Shown in pieces: positions 15,001 through 30,000 of a stretch of DNA of 64,000 bases; positions within the stretch are counted from its first letter, which is position 1; each line of letters begins with the position of its first letter. The DNA is from Bilabrum cf. latius. Taxonomy: Eukaryota. Where the stretch lies: positions 620,001 to 684,000 of the forward strand of contig OZ237757.1 of assembly GCA_965178125.1 (NCBI GenBank). The letters are read 5' to 3'. The notes under the pieces are model-generated. The model made no database searches, was not told where the DNA came from, and saw nothing but the letters and a program-made list of their open reading frames with translations. Both the position numbers and the translations under genes were made by a program.

Positions 15001-18000
15001 GTACTCCTGTCTGGAGCTGCACAGTGGGACTCAGTTTGACACGGTAGTAGGATTGACCATTCGAAGATCCTGGCATGGTCACATCCCAGTCACAGTACCC
15101 GTCCAGGGCTCCGGTGGTGTTGCAGGCGGCCTCCGTCACAACTACCGAGCCCACGGGCCCCGATTGAGGGAACTTCCTATCGGTACTGTACTAAACCAAG
15201 AACTTTTCAACTGCTCCTCCACCCCCGATAAATCGAGGCTGCATAAAAGACACGCCAAGTTCTGCATCAGACACTGAGGAAAGATGCACAGCGACCGGCG
15301 CCATTGGGTGGACAACACTGGGACTTACTGCAGAAACATCATCAACTCCAGCTCGAGATGACACAATGGAAGCATTAAGAGGTTCATCGAACGCATCTAA
15401 GTTAGAATATCTCTGCAAAACGTCGATTCTGACCTCTGCATTGACTGCCTCTGCACCACTCGATCCTGGAAGAGCAAATGAGCTGCACGACGGAGCTCCA
15501 GATGCTACTGCTATTTGATTTGACGAGTCAATTACTGCATCAAGCGATATCTGGATTGTGATGCCGATTCCAGATGGAGTTGACTGAGCCACGGAAGCAG
15601 AAATATTTGCCAGTGGCACTTGGTACACCGCGGCCAGCTCAGACTCGACCTACGCAGCTGTCAAGGAAGCTACTGGGAGGCAAGCTGACTGAACTGACCC
15701 GGCATAGAATGCAATAGAGCCGTTCAATGCTGTTAATGATGCTCCGATCGCGTCCGAAGATGGTGTAGACTTTGCAAAGGGAACGGGAACTGAGACCATC
15801 ACGGTCACGACGTGTTGGCTGCTGCCAAGCGTGAGCTTATCAACAACGCTAAACGTGCCGGCGAGCTGGCCGTACTCTGGACGCAGCACAACTGTCCACT
15901 CAAGATCGGTAGCATAACCCACACCTGCATCTGTGTTGGAAGACTGGGAGGTCCGAAGAACTTCTGCCACTGGAGCCACGTTCAGGGAGTTCAGTGGTAG
16001 GAGGTGAGCCAGCACCTCGTTGAATGCCGCAGCAACTTGTTCCTCAGTCGCATCAAAGCCCACGGGAAGTGAAGCCCTCGACTATCCGTACTTCACGCGG
16101 AAAGACCCCGATGAGGTGGCTGCCTGCGCCTGGGTCTGGGAGCGAAGGCGAAGTGTGATTCGCTGTCCGTTGCTGCCAGGGCTCGGAGCTGCCAGTGCCG
16201 GCTGACTTGAACCGTAATAGTTCTAAGCTAGTATTCTAAAGTAGTACTGAGACGCTGACGATAGACCGTTGATCTGCACATGTTGCTGAGGCGCGCGCAC
16301 TAAAGTCTATCGCAAAGAGCTGGTGAACACAGGGGCAGTGTCATATTGCACCAGGTATGCCGTTACCGGCGAGCCGCCGTCCTGCCGCGGATAAGACCAC
16401 TACACAACTACTGACGACTACGAAATTGTTGATACTAAGGTGTGCTGCACCTAGCTCGGTGGCTTACTTGCTGGCTTTGCAGCGTATGTTGCTAGTCTGT
16501 ACGGGGAGGCTCCGATTGAATTGGAGACACGCACTCTGGCATAGTACGAGTTGGCACTGAGCAAGCCCTGGGCAGTGAAGCTGGTGACCATGCCACCTTT
16601 CTGCTCGCGGCGCACAGCGACACTGAACTGCTCTCCAAAGGCCCCGCTGGATTCGTCGCGAGACGCACCTGACGCAACTGTGGTGTAGGTTAAACCTCCA
16701 TCGACGGAGACCAGCAGCATGGGAACTGCACCGTGCGATGCGAGTGTCTCGTACTAATTCGAACTAAACGTGACAGTGTACCTGACGCCAGCTTGGCCAA
16801 ATGGTGGGACATCCTCTGGGATGCTGAACACTTCCTTGGCTACCGAAACGCCTTCGACACCTGCAATGGATTCGAGGGCAAACTGCACCGCACTGCTTGA
16901 TGCATTCACATGAACAGGAAGGGACGACAACCCCCTGAATTGGAACTGCATGGACCCATCAAGGTCATAAGATCGACCTAAAATTGAAACGGTCTGCACC
17001 TCATGCACCGGGCTAATGAGTTGCCTTCCCACAGGTAGCACGTCCGTCCCTGTTGTACCGCCATCGAACGGGGGATTCGTGCCGTTCACTACTGTTTCTG
17101 CAGTTGCGAGCAAAACTGCCAGCTATGACCGGCTGGCGTGCAGCTGCGGTACCTGGATTGCTCTAGCATCTACTGACACTGTCGATACTGGTCCAGCATT
17201 CTGCGTAAATGTGACGCTCCACTCAAAACCAGAGTATGGAGCCTGTGTAGCTACTCTGGCAACCAGCACCTCACCAACATTTGGAAGCTCCTCCAAAGCC
17301 TATTTAAACTCGAATTCAGTGGCGTCATACGGAATCTAATGCGTCTCGTAGCCATCCAGGGATACAGTGAAGAATCCAGAGAGAGCTCCCAGGCTCGTGG
17401 CTGCGGTAATTGCAGCAGTAGTCTGCATGTGATCAGCTGCAAGAATAACTCGCTGCACAGCTTGCACGCCAGCATTCACGTCCCAGTCCACCACTGCCTG
17501 TGACACTGAGCTTGCCCCAACCTCTCCCCCAACTTCAGCGTTGCCTGGCGCAGTCCAAGTGATCTCAACGTCCGAGTCTGAAACAGCCCTTGCGGCGACA
17601 CTTGCCGGGGATTGCAAAGATGGTAGCGTCCTGAAGATGCCCTGCTCCAGGTATGTGTACAGGCCATACTGCGCCTGCACACCATTCCAAGCTGCAACAC
17701 GCACAAAGTACGGCCTCCCGGCAGATAAGTTATTGATGGAGAAGGTGAGCTGACCGTCCATGCCAGCGGTGGCCTCTTCAACACCAAACTCGACTTTCCT
17801 TGCAACAGAGCTGTCCATCATTGGTACGCGACCCGGCCTCGTCTCAGTGACAGTCACAGTGGCTTGTATAGAGCTGCTTGGGTCGGATCGCAATCCATTA
17901 CCATCCGTCGAGATCATTGGCTAATTGCCTCGCAGTCGTGCAAATACTACGGACCACACAAACCCTGGAGGTTCGATATTCAAGGCCGCGCGAGTCACCC

Positions 18001-21000
18001 ACACTTCTCCGCGAATCTATGGCAGCTGCTCCAGTGCCGCTTTGATCTCAGCCGCACTTGCGTTGTGTGCCAAAGGTGAGCTCCTCTAGCTCTTGAAGCC
18101 AAGCTGAAAAGACCCCCCCACAGCATTGCTTATAGTGATGTCTTGCTGCTCAAAGCCGTCAATTCCGCGTGCTATTTCTTCGATGAATATCCGTGCGCCA
18201 GCAGGCTTGAAACCGTCGACTCTCTGCCAGGAGCCGATGCCGCTCCGTTCGATCCCCCAAGACAAACCTCCATCGGTCGATACTTCCAGTGTAGCTACGT
18301 CGGAGTCAAACGACAGGAACCGTACGATCCAGATGTGTCCGAATTCAGATGCCGCCTCATCTGACGTTAGCCGCACCGCCACAGCTCCAACTGTTGGGAT
18401 TGCCTCAAGGGCAGCCTGCATTTCAGTTGCTGATGCATGCACACTAATATCGCTGGATGTGAAATTCATGAAACGAAGTCTGAACTAGCCGCCTAGGCTA
18501 TCTTCAGGAGACTATATTGAGATGCTCTGCACCTCGTGACGAGAGAAGAGCATAGAGTCGGATGCCCCATGCAGCTTACCACCAGCTTCGGCCTCGTCGA
18601 CTTCGATCTTGTACTTTGTGATGGGAGAGCCGCCATCATCTACAGGTGGCACAACGCTGATTTCGGCTACTGAGTTGCTGGTTGGCCTTGCCGTTACCAT
18701 CCGAGGTGCCGCTGGTGGAGCGACGGGTCGAGCAAACCTGGGCGTTGGCAGTCCTGCCTACAAAGAGTAACCCAGCGAGTTCACTGCAAATACTCGGAAG
18801 TAATACTACGCACCAGCATGTAGATCGCCGATAATCTGCTCGCACGGACTGCCTTTGCAAGCGCCCGCACCGTACTACCTTTCTGCTGTACCAAGTGGCG
18901 TTTGACCTCTCCCTGATGAGAAAGAAGGCAGCGTATCCCACTCTAGTACGTAAGACGTGACTTGGCTCCCCCCATCGGATGCAGGCGCCTGAAACGACAC
19001 ACGCAGTGATTGCGACGAAACAACGAAAAGTTCGACTTGAGTAGGCGAGTCAGGGACCTGCATCAACGGAGCCATGGACCGAGGGGTTGTTGCCTGCACT
19101 GGACCTCTACCTCTGTCATTGGAGGCTGACACAAACACATAGTATATTGTGCCGGCCTCAAGACCAGAAATAGAGTACCGCAGCGAATCTGCGGCAGGGC
19201 TCCACTGGCCTTCAGATCTGTGCGAGCCCACCAGATCATCACGGTCCACGAGGACAGATTGATACTCGCGTGGTTCCCTACCTGGTACTGAAGCCCCCGT
19301 GTACACAGTCAAGGTACTGCTACTTGTGCCGCTGTACACTTCAGCAAGACGAAGCTGGCTTGTTGACGTACTTGAGTCGAATGTCACTTCCGCAACCTCA
19401 TATATGTGCCTTCGTTCTTCCCCGATCTACACAAAGTCGCTGGCCGATACATGTGCCCGAGTATCACCAGCCACCGACACCGTGTCTTGGTCTTGCGTCG
19501 CAGTAGACGTTCCGGCCGAACCTAGGATCGTATCCATGGGGGAGCGAACCTGAACACTGGCAGGAGCTGCAGACGCAGAATCTGTACTCAACTCTGGGGA
19601 ATCAATCACCAGCGCATCACCCACCTCTCCAAAAGTTCCAGCGAACGTGATCCTATACTGCAAACTGGACGTTCCGTCTGAGTTAACCAGGTCGGGCACC
19701 GTCAGCCTTTCCACTCTTACATCATTGACAGCATCGAGTGCCTCCAATGCAGTCTCCATCCTCTCAGCACTGGCATCGTGGGGAATGTATGTTGTAACAT
19801 CTCCGAACAGCTTCAATCGATACGTTCCGGCCGACGCATCAGAAACCTCGACCACTTGCACCTCCGCTCGGCCCTTGGCAGCGTACCACTCAATCGTGTA
19901 CGACTCGATAGGGGAGCCTCGGGCATCCGATGGCTCTTGCCACTGCACTAGCAGGCTACTAGACGACTGGGAAACCGACACTCCGGGGCCAGGCTCTTGC
20001 TGTTGCAGCTATACCTGACCAAAGCTGAGCGCCAAAGGTGCTAGTCGTGGACGTTCAACACGTGGTCTACTGGTGGCAGGCGGTCCGTACCCCACCGAAT
20101 TCGATGCCTTGACTCGCACGTAGTACTCCCGGCCCTGGGCGAGATTCTCAAGAAACGCAACAAAAGCACCTTGAGAAAGGCGAAGTGATCGAGCATCGTT
20201 GGACGAAAGAGTCACAAATCCGGCGAGTTTCCCGTCGAACAAATCCTCCCTTCGATAGGTACGGCCAGTCTACTGAGCTTGCTACTCCGCAGCTTCCACT
20301 AGGGCCACGGCGCGCTCTGCCTGACCAAAGTTGAAGCTTGTGCTGTCATATTCAACCCTATACTCTGTAATCGGCGCTCCATTAGGAGCTGCTGGCTCAG
20401 ACCAACGCACCTCTAGGCCATCGGCAGATGCGTCTCTCGGGCGCACCTCCACGTTGCGAACGGCGGTTGGAGCAGCCCGAGGGGTTTCAAATAGTGCCGG
20501 AGAGCTTACACCAAATCCACGGGAGTTCTTCGCAGTGATGCGTATGGCATACTGCAGGCCCGGAATGAGACCTGAAACTTCGTAGGCGAACCGCTGCGCC
20601 GCCACATCGATGGCCCCCGCTGACACGGTTGGGCACCTAGTTGGTGATACACCGGTGTGGCTGGGGTCGCAGTATTCGGACAAGGATTGACCGTCCTATG
20701 ATGCGCTGGGACTGCATGCTATCGTGGTAGAACCAGAGGCCAGTCCCGATTGACCCCCACTGCAAACGCCTGAGTCAAGCAACCCGGACACATCCGTTGT
20801 GATCAGCTAGACAGTCGCAATATCCTTCGTTCCAACAGACTCGTCTACATAAGACGAAAATGACAAGGAGAATCGCAGCTCACCGGACCCGTTCTCGTTG
20901 CATGACATGGAACGAAGTGCCGCGGGAACCTCGCACTGGACGTCGACATCATTTAGGCCGGGCACTCTCTCCAGCACCAACTCCAGCTCGGCTGGCGATG

Positions 21001-24000
21001 TGTCGTACTCGAGGACTTCGGATACACCTAGGCCAGGTACTCGGATATAGAACTGGCCACCTGTGGCTCCCTTTAAGATAATTTGCTGTACCTCAGGGCT
21101 CCCTGCACCTGATGTGCTGTTCCACCAATCGATTCGATAATCCGCAATGTCGGCACCACCCACGTCGCTTGGAGGCGACCACCGCACGAGCAGGCTAGAC
21201 TCAGATTCAACAGTGACCCTGACGTCCTCTGGAGAAAACGGCACAACACCCTCAGGCTCAACCGTGAAGGGCGATCCCATGATTGGCTCCGTGCTAAAAT
21301 ACAAGCGCTCCGTTGGGATGACCTGCTTGCTGATGGTGGGAGATGAGTACAGAAGACGAACGACGGCCCCGCCAGTGTTTTCTCTGTACTCCAATACGAT
21401 GTCATGCATGACTCCAGTATCCAGCGGCTCTGCGGTGCCATTCGAATATTCTACAAATGGAATGTTTGTAAAGGTCTCCAGTCCGGAGGTATCAGGTTCC
21501 TCAACTGGTTCCTCAAATCGATCTATGAGCAACTGCCCGTTGACCCACAGCCTGGCTCCATCATTCACCTGAACAAAAAACGTAAACTCTTCTGTTACTG
21601 GAACCACAAGTTTGCCACGCCACCGACCAGACACATAGTCTCTCGTTGCACCAACGATTTCAGCTGGCCAGGCAAAGTCAACAGTCTAGTCTACGCGCTG
21701 TAAGACAGGCTCGCCCTGAAGCCATCGATTCGAGAAGTACTCCGCAGCAAGGCCGCCAACCACTCCGCGCTCTACACTCAGCTGATAGCTGCCCGCCTCC
21801 GGAGCGACATACTCAAACGCATATTCTCCGGGGAATTGCGAGCCTCTGTACTCAAAACGAGGCAGCACCGTGGCAGGTCCAACTAGCTGAGAATAGAATG
21901 CCTCACCCCTTCGGCCAAATGTAGTATCGAATAGCTCGCCCGAGGGGCAAATGCCCAACACCTCGATTTTAGCGCCCAAACCAGAGAGCAACCTCGACTC
22001 TCCGTAGATCATCGAGCGATTGCTCGAATCGTCGGTGGTGCTGACAATGGTCACGTCCCAGTAGTAGCCCCCGTCCGATCTCTACGAGGACCGGACTACA
22101 TCTACCTAGAATAGATCCGGCAGGCTCTCCAGATTGGACTTTACCAAAGCTGCCGATGCATCGTAGGGCATGGGCTCAGTAGCAGCCCCTAGGAACTCTA
22201 GTGTGAATCGACCTCCCAGCTGAGTCGTAGTAGATCCTTCCGCAGCGGTCGAGATGCGCTAAAGCCTGTTTTCATCGCAACCAATCACAGAAACAACGGT
22301 GCCGGGAACCAGACCCATGTCCAGCGCGATCATGTCGTTGATATCACCTAGCTCGGTGACAAACTCGATCTGCGCCTCAAATCCACGACCATTCGCAAGA
22401 ACCAGTCCAGTGACTCTCACGCTGCCAATCGTATCTATCCCCTCGAGGGCATCCTCAATCGCAAAGAGCTACTCTCCAATAGAGGCTGTAGAGCCGTATA
22501 GCTCAACAGGCAGCGTTGCAAGTCCATTGAATTCGATAGCAAAGCTTCCCTAAGGCCACCCGGACGCAGCCTCTACCTTGATAACCTGCAGCTCATTCTA
22601 CGGTGCGTCGAAGATTCTGTTGGAGAACTTATCCCGAAGCTCCACATAGTACGTTGCCATATCCGAGTAGGTAGCGGTAGACAATCCTCCCGGTGCGTCA
22701 TCGTACGCAGTAGTCCGTGCCGAGCTTGGGCTTGACACTCCCGGAGACACTACAAACGAGAATGGCGAGAGTCCCTGTGGGTCTACAATTCCACTCTACA
22801 CTACCGATGATTGCACTACACCAACGGGAACCAGCCCGTTTGAAAGAATCTGGAGCATCGGTAGGTCCCCCACTGCCTTAAGGTTAGGCACATCGCCCTC
22901 AGCTGAGAACGGTAGCGCTGGATCGTAGAAGTCAGTTGTGTTAGGGAAGTCCTCAAAAGCGGTGAACGTAATTGTCCAAGTGGTGGACACTCCAAGCGCC
23001 CCGCTCGTTTGATTAACAACAGAAGTGCTCGAGGCGTTCGATATCTAGATGATGCTGCTGCTTGGGAGCTCAGACAGAGCCAAGTGCAGTTCATCTGCAG
23101 TCGCATCGTAGCTAACGGGCCTCGTGATCTCGCCTCGAAGGCTAAGCCTAAAGGTGCCTTGTGTTGCATTAACTATAGATACAATCTGCTGTTCTGGTCT
23201 CGATGGGTGAAGCGCAGTCTTAATGTGCTCCACAACTTGACGTTCGACCACTCTAGTTCTAGCTGTAGCACCAGCAGGCTCGAGAGAAGACTGGGCAACA
23301 ACAAGATCCATTGGGAGTCCCTCAAGCTGAGCTCCAATGGGCGAAAAATTGATAGTGTACACCAGCTCCGAAGCGACCGCTGGATCACCCAGAAGTGAGA
23401 TTCGCACGCGTGACATACCGGGAAGCTAGTCTAGGACTCCTTCAAGGTCGCTAGGGGAGGCATCCCAAGCAATCTCGGTCGTCTCAACGCCAGCATACGC
23501 AAGCCTGTATACACCACCACGACGAGTTGTCGACGGGAACGCTAGAATCAGCTGCTGCTCCTCGGGGGCAGTCTCAAGCACGACAGGCATCGAGTACGTC
23601 CCTGACTCCTCTAATGTGAACGAGACGTGGTACTGGCCATCTTGCATGTATGCCACTGTGGCGTTCGTGCCAACGTCAATCCTGGATTGGTGATACAGCG
23701 CAGCATACACTGAACTCTGCTCCTGCGACTCCAGCCTGTTGTTTCCGAACCTGTCCTTTAGCTGGACGGTGAATTCATTGTACTGACCCGACTCGCTAGC
23801 AGTGAGGCCCCGACCAAACGCTGTGGACATTCCAGCGTCTGCTTTTGCAGGCACTACTTCAGCAGTGAAGGGAGACCCCATGATTTGAAGTTGGGCCTTA
23901 CCTTCTATCAATGTCTCAACGACTAGAGCTGGGCTCGAGATTTGCAATAAACCGATGTCGATCTCGAGAGCCGGAGGATTTCCCTAATCTGCTGCAAATT

Positions 24001-27000
24001 CGACTTCAAACTCCACAAGCTAAGGCTCACTCGTATTCACACTAATGTTAAAGCCTGGCATAATAGCGGTCATTTGCGCGAGGGCAGACTCGATCGATTG
24101 CGCCAGAGTTGGTGCATCGGCTTCCACATCGATGAGCGCCGAATACCGTACATCTTCCTCGCCATTCACTGCCAGTCCGAGTCTGAAAAATCCAGTCATG
24201 TCGCTTGATGACGAAATTGACAATCTTTGAACCTCTTGCACAGCTGGGAGAGACACAGAGATCTCGTAATCGCCACGGATGATAGGACGGAACTACACCC
24301 GATAGCTTCCTGTGTTTCGCCCGACCAAGTACACGGTCTAATTAAACGCGAAAGACTCAACAGATTCACCAGCAAATGCTCGCTCTAGCGGGATTCTTGT
24401 AGCTGTGAAATCGCCGACCTAAGACACGACCACTTGGACGCCAGCAACAACCAAAACGTCCCCTCGCACTACATCGAGACGGAGGTCCCGGTCCACGGAA
24501 AGAGCCTTGGAGCCATGTTCAACGACTGCTGCAGCTCCAAGGGACGTCCAATCAATGGGTTCTACTGTCGATTGCAAACGTACTGCTTGCCCGGACACTT
24601 CGTCATTTACCCTGCCCTAAGCAGCCCATCCGTTTACGCCAACAATGTCGACGATCATGTCATCCAGCCCGGAAATGTACCTGGCATTTCCCTAGCTATC
24701 ACGAGAAGTGATGATGAATGAGCTTACATCCCCAGCAACCCCTGCGCTAAGGCCATCCCCAGTGGCATCCGTTTGAGCAGCGTCAGACTCGCCAGGGTTG
24801 ACCACAACAGGCTGGGGGGACCGGCTGATGTCTCTGATGTAGGCGAGGTTTTCTGATGGAACTGGAACAAATGCTGCGTCTGGGCCATTGGCAAGAGATC
24901 TCCACAGCACTCTGATTTGGGCCTCGCCCAGGTTCTCACGGTATCGAATGGAGATAGGCACTTGCTCGTCGGGCACCGCATACACACGCGCAATACTTGG
25001 CGTGTCCTTTGCATCCACGTTGCCCACGGAAATGATGCGAGAGCCATTGTAGTCGAGATGGGCCCGTGCATCTGCGTCAACCACAAGCGAAAGCTCAAAT
25101 TCTACTCTATCTATTCCCTCTGCAGCATCCGGTGGGAAGATGAACCCGTTCCACTCCGCAGACCAGAAATCACTAGGGAACTCGCTGGTATCCGCATCGA
25201 CGTACCGAATACCAAGTAGAGGAGAGTCAAAGCGCCAGGAAAAGTCTACATTGGAATCAATCCGCGAGAGATCGCACAACACCGTGAATGGAGCTGGGCA
25301 CAAGTCCTGCATGCCGTAGCTATCCTACTGGGACTGGTCAGCAAAAACGGCACCAGAAAAGTCTGAGTTCCGGTAGAACGTGGCCGACAGCCCGCCAACG
25401 CGAAGCAGTTGCACGTGCAACTAGTACTGCCCGGCCGTTTCCGGGTCGTATGAGGCATAGTACTTCCCGTCATTGACTAGGGGATTCGAGGTAATATCCA
25501 CCGGGACCCGGATTTGCTCGGCTGCCTATCCGAGCCTGGCGTACTAAGATGCGCTTCCAAGCAGAAAAGAGATGAATCCTTCCCTGCTTCCAAGCTACCC
25601 AGACAGCGCGTTTCCAAACTTGTCTCTCGTCTGAATTTCAAATCGTTCGGTCTCGCCTTCCACCGCAAGCGGTTCAGCAGTATGCGATATCTGCTAAGCG
25701 CTGGCATCCGTTGGACGGATAAGCAAGCCTGCTTCAACGAAGGCCTACACTGGCTCTCCGTTGAACTGCACGACCACATCATATGTCCCCGCAACCTCCG
25801 GCATGAATTGCACGTGGAACAGCCCGTCCGAACCTGCAACGTGCTAGATATCAACTGAAGGCACTACCTACCTGTACGACTGTACTCCAGAAATTGGCAC
25901 AGCAGCCCCTGCGCCCGTCTCAACACCAACGATGGAAGCTACTCTGATCCTCGGCTACGCACCTGGCTTATTAAACCGGATCAATGTGCGTCCCTGGTCC
26001 GGCCAGCTGCAGACGGAACCGCTGTTGGAGTCGACCGATGTTACCACCACACCGCCGACTTCAGCTAGTTCAGCAGATCCGCTTAGAATGGCCTGAAGGT
26101 TTGTGAGAGAGGCACTGACGGGTACTGACAACTCGATAGATGCTCCATCCACCTGCAGTAAAATCCGACCCCCTATGCTGGAGCTCGATGCATTGCACAG
26201 CAGTACATCAGTAGCAACGGTACCAATCTACGCGTCTAACTCCCTGTGCACGAAGCTAACGGACAGCGCGTCCTTGTCTTCGTCCCCTGGCCGATCGTTC
26301 CCAAACGTCCCAGATTCGAGGCGCGACACCCGTACAACGGGAGCATCTTGGCCCTAGAACCTATACTGGAGTGTTGACGCATCCCACGAAGCCTGAAGCA
26401 GAGGCTAAGGGCCATGTTGTGCTGGGAATGCGCCCCCGCTGGCACTAAACACCACCACCCAAGACGATACAATTCCTAGTCTGTCCTGAAGACCGTCCAA
26501 GCCAGCTGCGTTCTTGTACACCTCAACCTCACCAATGTAGTCCATTCCCTCTAGAATTGACTTGAATTCTCCTGCGCTTGCCCGGACTGGAATCGGCTCC
26601 GAGGCATCCCCGTTCAGCTCAACCTGGAACGTGCCCCATGCGGCACTAATACCGTCCAAAGAGGTGCTCCGACCCACGGAAAAGGACGGTGTACCGCCTG
26701 TGGTGGCTGGTACTGCGCGGACTAGAGGCACAGCAAGGTCTCCGCGAGGCTCCAGTATCATGATCATGGCATCATCGCCAGCCGTGGCTCCCGCGCCAGC
26801 GCACAGTGGGCTGAGTACATCGGCACCTGCTGCTGTAAACGCCTCTGCGTTAATTCCAACGTCCTTCAAGGCAGCCAATAAAACTGCGAGAGTGGCGGTC
26901 TCGGCCGAAACTACTGCAGTCACATACCCATCAAACTCTATCTAAATTGTGTCCCCAGCACTCGGTACACCCGAACACGTCATTCGAACTATCTCCGGGC

Positions 27001-30000
27001 GGGTATTTGTCTGCCCGGACACACCTGAAGCGGCATCGACGGTTAGGCTTCCGGATGTCAGACCTGAGCTATCGATCTAAATCTCAGTGCCAGACAGAGG
27101 TCCCAGTCCAGTAGTAACCAGTTGCACTGGACTTCCAGAGCATACTGGCCCATCAACTGTGATGGACGCCGTGCTGTTAGGAAAGTTACTCAAAATGGGA
27201 TGCGTCCCAAGCGCTGTGTTTGCGGTTAGTTGATCTGAACCAGCGGATATGGACACTTCGATACCCCCGAGGTTGATTCCGATTGACCCCGCGGCACTAG
27301 CAGTGCACGTGAACACGAGAATGTGCGGCATGGGCTCAACGGTGTCTGGCACAACAGACACAACCTGCCGCTCGTACAGCCTCGCGTCTCGAGCCTGAAC
27401 TTCAAACTCTAGCACACTGCCAGCCACGCCTTCGACGAGACCCTGGCCCCTGGCAGGTGACGACGAGCCTGAGACCCTGTTAGGCTTGACCACGGGTCTG
27501 AACGGAGAGCCCTAAATATGCAGGCCCTGCATATCCTAGACATGCAGCTCCCACTCGCCGCCCTCATAGGCAATGTACTCCACTGGGTACTCGCCACGAA
27601 GCGGAGCATCTGCCAAAGATACTTCCAGACCTGATGCAGATGTGCTGCCGAAAAGGGTGAGATTGGTACTATCCCTATTCGCCACTAAAGACGTCGAGGT
27701 GTTCCACTGGTAGACACTCGATGAAAGCACACGAGAGCTATCAAATCCCTCTCCACCGTGGGGCAAATCCGTTAAAAACGAAATGTCGTACGTTCGAGAC
27801 GACGTGGTGTTATCCACAGAAATTAGGGCCACTCGAATGTCATGGGATGGGTTGTCGCTGACCTCACTTGATGCACCCAGGACAAGCCGAGCCTGCAGAT
27901 TCGCCTCATACGCGGCAACGGAGCCGGTGCGCTCGAGTTCGAGCCTGAGCACATCCTCATGCACGTTCCAAGGAAGTTCCCTGGTGGGAACGCCCCTGTG
28001 CAGCAGGCTGAAGTAGCCACTCGACGCGTTCAGCACGAGCTGCCTGCGGATGGTGCTCGCAACAATCCGACGGGGCCCTTCGCCGACGTTGTCAAAGTAC
28101 CTATCCGCCTATGATCCATTGGGTGCAATCATGGTCGCGATAATGCCAGCAGATGAGCCATCTCCAATCCCATCCCCGTTGACCAGGTTGCCGAATGCGT
28201 CCCTTGCCTCGACCACGAATCGAGCAACCTCGCCAGATACGCTTCCGTTCAGGCCTGCTCCCACTGCGGTCGTGCTAGGGGCATGCAGGCTGGAATGTAC
28301 AACTGTTAGAGTGGGTCTCACCGCAGAGCCCTCGTACAGCATCTCAATCTGCGCCTCGCTGCCTCGAGTCGCGCTCCCCAACGTGGCCATGACGGAGTAC
28401 TGGCCTGCTTTGAGTGCGGTGTACCTGGCCGTGTACGTACCGTCATCGTTGTCGAACATTGCGGCACGAACAGTAGTTTGTCCATCAGTGTGCATGAGTG
28501 ATACTTGCACGCCATCACCACCCCTGATCTAGTCGTTGAAGTATGTGTCGCGCGCTTGAATCTGGAGTGTGCGAGTCTGCCCAGCAACAGCCGAGTACAA
28601 GGCTTCACCAGAGATTTCGGACGTCCGGCCGACGCTGGGACCAGGTTGGACTGGAAAGGCAAACGGAGAGCAGGCGTTGCCGGGCTCCTGCCCGCACCTT
28701 ATGTGAATACCACCGCTGACTACGCTACCTGCCGTACCACCCGTCTTGACTGACAAGGTATAGGCCCCGGCCTCCTGCACGCGGTAAGAAACGCGATACA
28801 GGCCGTTGCCGACGTAGCTAGGGACAAGTCCAAACACGTCACGAGCACCAACGAGCTCGACAGTAAATGCATCTCCACCGCTCGTCTTGTTGTTGCCATC
28901 ACCATCCCGAGCCTAGATAAAGAACTCCGCCTGCACACCAGCTTCAGCTGCTACGGTGCCAGGTCCAAACGCGGAAGTGTACGGGAAGTCAGCAGCCCCT
29001 GGCACGATGTCTACCTGGAATGGCGACCCAACGATGTGGTTTGCATGAAAGAGGGCGTGCGAGGGAAACACTTGCCTTGGTAGGCTTGCGGAACTGATCT
29101 CTAGTTTGATCGAAGCAGCCCCACGCTCTTCCCGGTACTCAAGCACAACGTCGTGAAGGCGGCCAGCATCGAGCTGAACAGTGACGCGTTGCTCTTGGCA
29201 GCAAGAGTCCCAGCGGTCCACGACAAGCTCGTGGTCGATATGCATGCGAATTCCATCCTAGCCAGTCAGGTGTAGGGTTACTTCCTCAGTTCGATCCTCG
29301 GGGTGGGAGATTTTTCCCGTCCACCTTGCAGAGACGTAGTCCCTGCCATAGCTGGTGATCAACCCGTCACCCCAATCGAAATTCACCTGCGGGTCTACTC
29401 GTGATTGAACCGCTGCACCATCAAGCCATTGGTTGTCGAAATAATCCGCTCGCAGGCCTCCACTTTGGACCTGCTGTACGGCCAGGTAGCGCACACCAGG
29501 CCTTGTCGGCGTGTAGCTGCCCGTGTAAGAAGGCAGTCCGGCAACCTCTTCTTCGACTCGCACATCCGAATCAAGTCCAAGCAGCGATTGGGCGTTGCCA
29601 GCTTCCACCTCTAGCACTTCCACGTCCGCTGCTGTCCCTACCATGCCGACGCTGTCTGCTACGAGCAGCGAAATGTCTCCAGAATTTCCTCTGAAGGTGA
29701 CTAGCCACTCAAACCGTCCGTTTCCGAATGGCCCAGTCCTGGCGACTTCAACGCGACCAATGGTCGGAACAAGCTCGAGCGCCTGCTGCATCTGAGAAGC
29801 AGATGCATCGAATGGAATTCTCGCGGTACTACTGCCGATATACTGCAGAGTGAAAGACCCCCCGAGCGGCGTAGGGTTGCCCCCTAGGGTGCGGATGCGC
29901 TGAATTTCGTGCACCTCTGGGAGGGCACTGAGCAAGGGCTGGTTCCCTAGGATACGAGCAAATGTGACCTGCCACCGAAATCCGTTGCCTACTCGCGTAC

